Below the pieces are notes generated by a model that saw only the letters and a list, made by a program, of their open reading frames with translations, did no database searches and was not told the DNA's origin. This document shows positions 36,748 through 44,914 of a DNA stretch of 64,000 bases, one piece after another. The first letter of the stretch is position 1, and the number at the start of each line of letters is the position of its first letter. This DNA comes from Fodinibius sp. (GTDB lineage Bacteria; Bacteroidota; Rhodothermia; Balneolales; Balneolaceae). The stretch spans positions 3,507 to 67,506 of the forward strand of contig NZ_JBEPWZ010000001.1 of assembly GCF_041642155.1 (NCBI RefSeq), in the 5' to 3' direction. The position numbers and the translations under genes are program-made.

Positions 36748-38355
36748 TTAATACCCGGGGTTCTGTTCCAATCCCGGCTCTACCTTCAAACTGTTTTCAT
36801 GGAAAGGCCACAGGTAATTGTGATCTTCAAACGAGCGGTCTTCAATGTGAAGCGACTGTAATTCCCCGTTTACTTCCCTGGTGTGTCCCAACGCGGGTTC
36901 ATTCAACACCTCTTCTGCTGTTCTCCACCGCTTGATATCCGCATAGCGAAGCCCTTCCGCCGCAAACTCAATCCTGCGCTCGTTTCTTATCAGGTCAATC
37001 CACTGATCCCGGGTGTAAGCGCTGTAGCGCGGCAGGGTTACGTCTGCCTGGGACATATCCAAGCCGGCCCGCTCCCTGACCTGGTTAATGGCATCCTTGA
37101 CCGAAGCATCTATCTCATCTATCATGATCTTCGCCTCTGCATACGTCAGCAATACCTCGGCATACCTCAGCAAGCCAAATTCAAAGTTTCCGCTGCTAAA
37201 GGCATCAGCTTCTGAGACAAACTTTCTGAACCAGTAGCCGGATTCACTGGCCCGCTCGTTTTCATGATACATGGGGCTGTTCTCATTATAGATATCAATG
37301 GTATCTTCATAGAACAGATCACCGTGTCCCATAATGCTGGCCTCATAACGGGGGTCCCGGTGCAAATTCGGGTCCAGTTCATGTTCTCTTTTGGTGTGCT
37401 GGGGACAGTTTTCAATACGGTAGCCGTCCAGGGTCCAGTATGCATCCACCAGCGACTTCAGGGGAACCAGGTACGACTGCCCGTCCCCGGTTCTGTAATG
37501 GGGGCCTAAGTCTCTGAAGGAGTAGGTCGTGCTTCCGCTATAGCTTTCCTGGTTCTGGTGTATGATGAATTCATTGTTATCAGAATCCGCTTCATACTGA
37601 AACAGGTGGCCGTAGTTGGGGTGCAGTTCGTAGTTTCCGCTCTCCATGATCTCCCGGGCCAGATCAATGGCCATCTGATAGCGCTCGTTGTACAGCGCGT
37701 AGCGCATCGTAAGTGCCTTCAGGGAATACTCGTTAAACATGTATTTATTGGTTGTGTATTCTTCGGAAGGTAAATTTTCCGCAATCTCAATCGCCAGAGG
37801 AAAGATGGTCTCCAGGATCTCCTCCTTGGGCGTCGTAGGCTGGGTGGCATTCGATAAATCGGCCGGCTCCAGATGAAACGGCACATCGCCCCACCTGAAG
37901 GTTAGCTTAAAATAATGCCAGATGCGCAGTCCCCTTAAAATATTTTCGTATTTCGTCCGGGTAGCCTCATCCTCCACATACGGCACGTCCGAGTTCGCGA
38001 TGAAGGTATTCAACCTGCCGAGGTGCTTCATCTGCAGTTCGTAGTAATAAGAGAACGCCTCGGTATTGCTGTTGAAATCACCGTTGGCTATGCGCTGGTG
38101 GTGGTCGCCTTCCAACCGGCTGTAAGCGTTGTCGGATTTCCCGTCCTGCATGTAAAACAGGGTCTCCCGATTATAATGATGCGTAAAAACATCATAATAA
38201 CTACTGTACACCACCCGGCGCAAATCATCTTCATCATTATAGAACTCGTCAAAAGACGTGGCCGTGGGATCCGTCTTGTCTAAAAAGTCCTCACATCCCA
38301 CCAACCCTACGGAAATAAACACTATGAAATATATTACCTTTCTCATAACTGACAT
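36748..38355 (-). CDS. SusD/RagB-family outer-membrane lipoprotein
   Basis: Lipoprotein signal MRKVIYFIVFISVGLVGCEDF. Size and position directly after SusC. C-terminal ...EQNPGY typical of the family. Start is 38355 or 38346 (ORF open to 38403). Confidence 0.9.
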   Translation of the reverse strand: MSVMRKVIYFIVFISVGLVGCEDFLDKTDPTATSFDEFYNDEDDLRRVVYSSYYDVFTHHYNRETLFYMQDGKSDNAYSRLEGDHHQRIANGDFNSNTEAFSYYYELQMKHLGRLNTFIANSDVPYVEDEATRTKYENILRGLRIWHYFKLTFRWGDVPFHLEPADLSNATQPTTPKEEILETIFPLAIEIAENLPSEEYTTNKYMFNEYSLKALTMRYALYNERYQMAIDLAREIMESGNYELHPNYGHLFQYEADSDNNEFIIHQNQESYSGSTTYSFRDLGPHYRTGDGQSYLVPLKSLVDAYWTLDGYRIENCPQHTKREHELDPNLHRDPRYEASIMGHGDLFYEDTIDIYNENSPMYHENERASESGYWFRKFVSEADAFSSGNFEFGLLRYAEVLLTYAEAKIMIDEIDASVKDAINQVRERAGLDMSQADVTLPRYSAYTRDQWIDLIRNERRIEFAAEGLRYADIKRWRTAEEVLNEPALGHTREVNGELQSLHIEDRSFEDHNYLWPFHENSLKVEPGLEQNPGY

Positions 38356-38404
38356 AAGCTTTACTATTAATATTTTTGGTATTGCTATACTATCCGACAC
38401 CATC

Positions 38405-41332
38405 CTAATTTATGGTTGCCTGGATCCCGATACTGTAGCTGGCCATCCTTGGATAGGTCCCATTACCGCCATCTCTTTCCGGCTCAAGGCCTTCCCAGTT
38501 CGTAAACGTAAAGGCATCCTGGGCATTCAGATAGATGCGAACATCCCTGATACTGTTGCCAATCTGTGGAATAGAATATCCCAACTCCAGCGTCTTGATC
38601 CGGAAAAAGGAGGCGTCGCTCAGCCAGACGTCACTTAACTCATCATTGGGAGAGGACCCGGTCCAGACCCGCGGAAAACGGCTGTCGCGATTGTCGGGGG
38701 TCCAGCGATTATTCATGTAATACTCTCTCGGGACGCCCAAACTGTTCGTTGAACCATCCATTTTAACCGGGTAGCCCTCCAGCCCGTTTAACCGTCCGGT
38801 GCGTTGGCCGACCCCCTGGCCTATGGCGCTGAAATCCCACCGCTTGTAATTCAGATCCAAATTAATAGAGTAATTGAAGTGCGGAAACGGATCGCCGAGA
38901 TTCACTTTATCCTGGTTATTGATCACGCCATCCCCGTTTTGATCGACATACCGGATATCGCCGGGCATGGTATTCGCCAATTTGGCATCGGCTTCATCCA
39001 CTTCCTGCTGGTTCTGGAAGTACCCGTCACTTTCATAACCGTAGTAGTTATCGATGGCAATGCCTCTGTACCAGATCATATCGGGATCATCGGTAAAGAT
39101 GAGGGTGTCCGACTTTGCGTATCCCGCCTTTAATACTTTGTTTTCGTTATTAAAAAGCATTCCACCCACGCTATAGGAAAAATCACCGGCCTGGTCGCTC
39201 CAGCTGGCTGAAAGTTCCCAGCCTTTGTTTTCAACTTCTCCTATATTTACGGAGGAGGTCAGGTAGTACGAACCGGTCAGCGGGGGGACCGGAAAGTCTG
39301 AATAGATTAAGTCATAGGAATGTTTATTATAGGCTTCAAATGAAACGTCAAGCTTATCTTCGAAGGTGGTGAGCTCAATCCCGACATTTTGCTGTTTTTG
39401 TTTCTCCCAGGTAAAATCCGGGTTGGGGACACGCATCGTCCATCCCCAGGTATTTACAACCTCCTGCCACAGGTACGGATCCACATCTTCATTTCCGATG
39501 ATGCCGTAGGAAAAACGAACTTTCAGCCTGTTCAAAAACCCGCTGTCGGTCAGGCCCGACATAAAGTTCTCATTGTGGATATTCCAGGCAAAAGCCCCGG
39601 AGGGAAAGAAACCCCATCGCTTACCGGGAGCAAATTTGCTGCTGCCATCGGCCCGTGCCGTTCCCTCCAGCAGATAACGGTTGTCAAAAGAGTAGTTGAG
39701 CTTGCCGAAAAAGGAAGATTTTGAAATTTCACGGTAATCGGTATAGGTATTATTCATAATCTCCGAACCGGCGATAAAATAGATCTTATCCTTATCCTTC
39801 CGGATATTCTGCTCGTAATTAATCATTGCCCGCGCCGTTATCTGACTTCTGCTCACTCCCTGGGAAGAGCCGACCGCATTCTGCCAGACGTCAACGGGCT
39901 CGCCATCCCCGTCGTAAAACTTAAAGGTATCCCGCTCATACTTATTTGCGGACTTATTAACCATATATGATACATTACCCGCCAAATGCAGGTTCTCATT
40001 AATATAATATTTTGGCCTTAGATTAATCGTGCTTCTGTCATATAAGGCGTTATAGGCTCCCCCGTGATGAATAGAGGCAAGCGGATTCTGGTCGTTATGC
40101 AATTTATAATGGTTGTCCAGATCCGAGTCATAAAATACTTCCTGCGTAGGATTCATTTCCCAGGCCATCCTGTACAATCCATGACCGTCCCTGTTCGCAT
40201 TCAAGCGATCGACCTGCAGCCGGTGCGCATAAAAGTCCGCCAAAAGCTCAAACTGATCGGCTATGTTAATATTCGTATTAAACCGGGCACTGAACTTCTG
40301 TGTACCTTCATAATTGTTTAGCCCATTTTCATTGATATACCCCAGCATCAGGTTAAAAGTACCGACGCCGCCACCACCGGAGATGCTGGCGGACGTATTA
40401 TGAGAATAAGCCTTCCGTTCCATAATGGTATCCATCCAGTCGGTGTTGGTATACTCGCCCTGCTCGGCCCGGTCGACCTCCTGCTGTGTATACTGTTCCG
40501 ACTGACCCTGCATGGAACGAGCTTCGTTATTCAGGCGCATATAGTTGGCTGATCCGACGAAATTCGGCAATTTAATCGGATCGTCGATGGCGGTCCAGCT
40601 ATGCACATCAACCATAAACCGGTCGGCGGCTCCCCGCTTGGTTTCAATGATAATGACTCCGTTGGCCCCACGCGAACCGTACATGGCCGCCGAAGCGGCA
40701 TCTTTCAGCACGGTTATATCTTTAATCTGGTTGGGATCTATATCCGTCAGGGACTGCTCCATCCCGTCCACAATGACCAGGGGAGAGGCATTTTGCAGGG
40801 TACTGATCCCCCGAATGGAGATAGTACCCGGCACGCTGCCCGGCAAGTTGCTGCCCTGCATGAGTGTCACCCCGGGTATGGTACCGCTGAAAGCCTCTTG
40901 CAGTTTAGCGATAGAACGCGTTTCTATGTTATCCATTTCTACTTTTGAAACCGAGGAAGCGAGGTGTTCTGTCTCCACCTCACTGTAACCGACGACCGTC
41001 ACTTCATCCAGGCCGACCGTTCCCTCTTGCAATACCACATCGATTTCACTCCGATCCTGCGTATTGATTTCCTGTTGCTCGAAACCCACCATGCTAAAGA
41101 TAAGCGTCACGTTTTCTTCGCTTATCGTTATTTCATAATGGCCTTCCGCATTGGTTGCGGTACCTATGTTGGTCCCTTTAACCAGGACATTCACGCCGGG
41201 TAGCGACTTCCCCTCCGCATCCGTTACCGTACCCTCGATTGTTCTTTCCTCCTGGGCAACGGCGGTTGACGCCAAAAAGACAAGTAAACTAAACGTAAAC
41301 AGTAGCTTATTTTTCATTGATTGTATCCCCAT
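38405..41332 (-). CDS. SusC/RagA-family TonB-dependent transporter
   Basis: 975 aa. CarbopepD_reg-like domain (IEGTVTDAEGKSLPGVNVLVKGT), plug (ISIRGISTLQNASPLVIVDG), beta-barrel ending ...SIGIQATIN. Possible start at MKNK (41317). Confidence 0.9.
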   Translation of the reverse strand: MGIQSMKNKLLFTFSLLVFLASTAVAQEERTIEGTVTDAEGKSLPGVNVLVKGTNIGTATNAEGHYEITISEENVTLIFSMVGFEQQEINTQDRSEIDVVLQEGTVGLDEVTVVGYSEVETEHLASSVSKVEMDNIETRSIAKLQEAFSGTIPGVTLMQGSNLPGSVPGTISIRGISTLQNASPLVIVDGMEQSLTDIDPNQIKDITVLKDAASAAMYGSRGANGVIIIETKRGAADRFMVDVHSWTAIDDPIKLPNFVGSANYMRLNNEARSMQGQSEQYTQQEVDRAEQGEYTNTDWMDTIMERKAYSHNTSASISGGGGVGTFNLMLGYINENGLNNYEGTQKFSARFNTNINIADQFELLADFYAHRLQVDRLNANRDGHGLYRMAWEMNPTQEVFYDSDLDNHYKLHNDQNPLASIHHGGAYNALYDRSTINLRPKYYINENLHLAGNVSYMVNKSANKYERDTFKFYDGDGEPVDVWQNAVGSSQGVSRSQITARAMINYEQNIRKDKDKIYFIAGSEIMNNTYTDYREISKSSFFGKLNYSFDNRYLLEGTARADGSSKFAPGKRWGFFPSGAFAWNIHNENFMSGLTDSGFLNRLKVRFSYGIIGNEDVDPYLWQEVVNTWGWTMRVPNPDFTWEKQKQQNVGIELTTFEDKLDVSFEAYNKHSYDLIYSDFPVPPLTGSYYLTSSVNIGEVENKGWELSASWSDQAGDFSYSVGGMLFNNENKVLKAGYAKSDTLIFTDDPDMIWYRGIAIDNYYGYESDGYFQNQQEVDEADAKLANTMPGDIRYVDQNGDGVINNQDKVNLGDPFPHFNYSINLDLNYKRWDFSAIGQGVGQRTGRLNGLEGYPVKMDGSTNSLGVPREYYMNNRWTPDNRDSRFPRVWTGSSPNDELSDVWLSDASFFRIKTLELGYSIPQIGNSIRDVRIYLNAQDAFTFTNWEGLEPERDGGNGTYPRMASYSIGIQATIN

Positions 41333-42334
41333 GCTATAGATAAGATATTATTAGATTAAAGTTCAGAAACCAAAATAGACAGAAAGTATACGCCCTTATC
41401 TATTTCGCTTTCAAAGAGTATGTATTCAGCAGTTTGCTTTACAATGGTACGGCCGACACCGTAAACGATGCAGCAGTAGCCCCCTGTTGATACGTTGATG
41501 AATTAGAAATCTGCCAAAACACCCACACCAACTTTCTTTTTAACGATGCAAGTGGTTACCAACAAGTCAATTCAAGACCACTGCACCCGAACTATTTCAC
41601 GGTACTGTTTCAACGTTAAGGTTAAAAAATCACGTGCAAAGACCCGTTTTTTAGGTTATAACAGTTTCGTTTAATTTCACCGGGTGGACAACCAAAAACC
41701 CTTCCTGTATGTTATAAAGATACTGCTTGAATGGGTTTACCTTACCGGTCCCATTAGTACCAAGTATTTACGGCTATAACATATTCACGCTTGTTCAACA
41801 GATAAGCTAAAATCTTCTTTTACCTGCACGAAAAGGTTTAAGTATCATAGAACCCCTAAATACATCCATGAACATAAAAGCCTAAATAATAGTTATACCC
41901 TTTACACCTGTGTTATATAGTTGTTTGGACAACCATATTTAATGTAATAAAAAATATGAACCCTGCCAATTATTTTTTTGCTTTAAAAAGAAAACCCTGC
42001 TTATCCTTGTATTTCTATACCTCGATCTCGCCGTGAATATGAACGATCATTTAAGGTACCCCGTGGAGAGAGTCTCCCGCATGATCTCAGCCCCCCCGAT
42101 TCGACCCGTCCGGGACTCATGAAGCATCCCGGTTCTTTATAATCCTCTCCGGTAGGCCTCCGGAAGAAATCCAATAAATCGTTTTATCAACTCATCTATC
42201 TTCCTATCTTAGGATACGGGAGGAATTTGAATTCGTGAAAATGCAGAAATTGGCCAACCAAACGGTTTTGCAAAGTCCTCTACGAAACAGATATTCTCTT
42301 TACTTTCTGTTTAATTGTAATTATCGACCGCGTT

Positions 42335-43375
42335 ATGAGACCTGTGGATACCTCAATCGAACGTACGATACCATTCAGTACCGATCCCGCCCTTCGCCGG
42401 CGCTATATGATCCTGGACAGGGATATACCGGGCAACATGCGGTGGGGACTGCTGCTTGAAGAGCTCGATAAGCTGGCCGAAGATATCGCTCTTGACTATG
42501 TGCACCAGTTTGAGCCCGGGGGACGCGTGGTTACGGCCGCGGTTGATGATATTGCCCTGCACGTGCCCGGAGATATCAACAAGGATGTCTTCCTGCGGGC
42601 GCGCATTAATTATGTGGGACGCACGTCTATGGAAGTTGGCATTCGCGTGGACCAGGACAAGGAGGCCAGGCACTCGCTGGCAGCCTGCTATTTTACGATG
42701 GTGGCCCGGACCGGCAGGGACAATGATGCGGAGAGCCTGCCCATTCCGCCCCTGGAATATAAGAGCGCCATCGAAAAGGAGCGGTACGAAGCGGCTATTA
42801 AGCGCCGCAAAGCGTATCGCGAGCAGATCGACGCGCTGGAAGACCCGCCGAGCAAAGAGGAGTTCCACCACCTGCGGGCGCTGCACAAAGCGCAGGAAAA
42901 AGAGGATTTTGACGGGTTACTGGTCGGAAACCTGATACGGAACAGCATGGAGCGAATGTACCCGGATCAGGAAAATGTGCCCAAAAAGATTTTCGGCGGG
43001 TATGTCATTCGCCGCGCCTTTGAACTGTCATTGATGCATGCGGAAGAAATCGCCACCCACCGGCCGGTGTTTGTGCGGGTGAACCGCATTAACTTCCTGC
43101 AGCCCATCCGTATTGGCGATAAGCTGGATTTTACCAGCCGGATCGTCTACACCGGTGAGACGTCCATCAGTATTGAAATTGATATTGAACGCACCAGCCT
43201 GGACAAGGTGACCCGGGCCCTTTCCAATACCTGTGTTTTCACGTTTGTGAATGTTGATCATAAAATGCAGCCCCAGCCGGTGCCCAAGGTATATCCGACT
43301 ACCTACGCCGAGGACGAGCGATACCTGAAAGCACGCCGTCGCCGTAAAGAACACCTCATTAATATCGGAAAGTAA
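42335..43375 (+). CDS. acyl-CoA thioesterase (double hot-dog fold)
   Basis: 346 aa. Two hot-dog-like halves (VVTAAVDDIALHVP...; FGGYVIRRAFELSLMHAEE...VNRINFLQPIRIGD). Confidence 0.75.
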   Translation: MRPVDTSIERTIPFSTDPALRRRYMILDRDIPGNMRWGLLLEELDKLAEDIALDYVHQFEPGGRVVTAAVDDIALHVPGDINKDVFLRARINYVGRTSMEVGIRVDQDKEARHSLAACYFTMVARTGRDNDAESLPIPPLEYKSAIEKERYEAAIKRRKAYREQIDALEDPPSKEEFHHLRALHKAQEKEDFDGLLVGNLIRNSMERMYPDQENVPKKIFGGYVIRRAFELSLMHAEEIATHRPVFVRVNRINFLQPIRIGDKLDFTSRIVYTGETSISIEIDIERTSLDKVTRALSNTCVFTFVNVDHKMQPQPVPKVYPTTYAEDERYLKARRRRKEHLINIGK

Positions 43376-43438
43376 CCCCGGCGTGATCGTTCCCGTTGGT
43401 TACTACTGGATACAACGCAGATTAATAGGTACCTGAAT

Positions 43439-43879
43439 TCAGTTGCCTATCGGAGGCCAGACGGACCAGGGAATGCGTATGAGGATGAATGCAATACCCA
43501 ATCCGTAATAGATGAGTAATTTCTTATATCGCGTGGCGTCGCCTGCTCCCCGCTTTGCTTTAGAATAACCGACGGTGATTAAAATAACGCCGATGATCAT
43601 GGTCAGCGGGTGCTCCAGCATATACAGCCGCGACATCGCATCCCCCATCGCTTCACCCGAAAAGTTCGATAGTCCCTGTGGAGAAATAAAATACAACACC
43701 AGGCCAATCAGCAGCTGTAGATGCGCTGCAATAAGCCCCGCCAGCGATGCTTTCCGTACCTTTTCAGTGAAGGATTTTTTTTGTATAAAATTAATGAGCG
43801 CATAGATAAAGGAAAACAGCAGGACGGCAAGCACAATGTAGGCTATGCCGGAATGCAGGTGTTGAAATCCGGTGTACAT
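43439..43879 (-). CDS. conserved four-TM membrane protein, function unknown
   Basis: 146 aa with four hydrophobic helices. N-terminal HLHSGIAYIVL and AAHLQLLIGLVLYFISP resemble a Bacteroidota membrane-protein family sometimes labelled cytochrome-b-like. Confidence 0.5.
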   Translation of the reverse strand: MYTGFQHLHSGIAYIVLAVLLFSFIYALINFIQKKSFTEKVRKASLAGLIAAHLQLLIGLVLYFISPQGLSNFSGEAMGDAMSRLYMLEHPLTMIIGVILITVGYSKAKRGAGDATRYKKLLIYYGLGIAFILIRIPWSVWPPIGN

Positions 43880-44112
43880 AGGTCAGTTGATCTTATTTAA
43901 TTAGTTGTTGGGTTCCGCAATGGCCACTCAATAATAATCAAAGGACATGCAAAGCAAAAGTTATAGCAGAATTCTTTACATTCTTTACCTGTTTTCTGTT
44001 GCAGAGACCATATCAAATAGTTTACTTAACATGTTATGCGATTGATTTTAACCAACTTGTCAGCCCCTGAACGCTCCCTCTTAGCCACGGTAAAGAACCA
44101 TTTCATCAGCTT

Positions 44113-44682
44113 ATGGATACGAAAAAAAACTTTCTCATAAAAAACATGGTGTGCAGTCACTGTGCAGAGGTACTGAAGGAAAAACTGGAAGAAAACGGTT
44201 TCCGTGTACAAAAAATTGAGCTGGGGGAACTGCAGCTGGCGGGACCGGTCGATCAGACTGCCTATAAACGGCTGGTGTCGGTCGTGCGCAAAAACGGCTT
44301 TGACATCATCAATGATGAAGCCAGCCAGATCGTAGAGCGTATCAAACATCTTATTATTGATCACATCCGTTCCAGCGAGCCGCTTAACGGCAACCTCTCG
44401 GAATATCTTTCGGACCGTATCCACAAGGATTATCAGCAGCTCAGCCGGCTATTTTCCGCGGTAGAGGGAAAGTCCATCGAACGCTATTTCATCCTCCAAA
44501 AAATTGAGCGGGCTAAAGAACTCATCGTCTATGGCGAAAAGACACTCAGCGAAATAGCCTATGAATTGGACTACAGCAGCCAGCAGCATTTTTCGCGACA
44601 GTTTAAGAAAGAAACCGGCCTCGCGCCCTCTCATTTCAAGAATATAAAGGAGAACAAACGCACCTCCATCGATCAGCTGTAA
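44113..44682 (+). CDS. AraC-family transcriptional regulator with N-terminal heavy-metal-associated (HMA) domain
   Basis: 189 aa. N-terminal ferredoxin-like HMA with metal motif IKNMVCSHCAEVL. C-terminal AraC HTH (LSEIAYELDYSSQQHFSRQFKKETGLAPSHF). Confidence 0.8.
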   Translation: MDTKKNFLIKNMVCSHCAEVLKEKLEENGFRVQKIELGELQLAGPVDQTAYKRLVSVVRKNGFDIINDEASQIVERIKHLIIDHIRSSEPLNGNLSEYLSDRIHKDYQQLSRLFSAVEGKSIERYFILQKIERAKELIVYGEKTLSEIAYELDYSSQQHFSRQFKKETGLAPSHFKNIKENKRTSIDQL

Positions 44683-44762
44683 CATAATCCTGCACAAGAT
44701 ATACATAAAGATATAAGACCGTTCCCCGCTCTATCCCTATCTTACGGCCTGAATTTCTGGGG

Positions 44763-44897
44763 CTTTGAAAAGCCAGTCCCGAAGCATCGGGAAATATCAA
44801 AGCCTGAGCGCCTTCAAAACCACCCCGTATAAAGCATATGTGAGGATATTGGATGCGCGAAAATACAGAGATTGAATCACAAAACTGATTTTCAAAG
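44763..44897 (+). repeat. 135-bp hairpin-containing upstream cassette, copy A (5' of P1B ATPase)
   Basis: Distal 40-nt core CTTTGAAAAGCCAGTCCCGAAGCATCGGGAAATATCAAAG (44763-44802) contains hairpin TCCCGA-AGCA-TCGGGA. Proximal box TTTTCAAAG (44889-44897) is the inverted repeat of the first 9 nt. The ATG follows 17 nt later. Confidence 0.8.
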
Positions 44898-44914
44898 CTC
44901 TCTTTAAATACATA

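Noticed and set aside
41333-42334. A possible structural RNA gene (rRNA fragment, RNase P, tmRNA, SRP, tRNA) in the 1-kb ORF-free gap.
   Set aside because: I could not find any of the conserved strings I know (GAGGAAAGTCC for RNase P, the tmRNA tag ORF with CCA end, the SRP GGAA/AGCA loop, T-loops). The region is kept only as an unexplained region in the findings.
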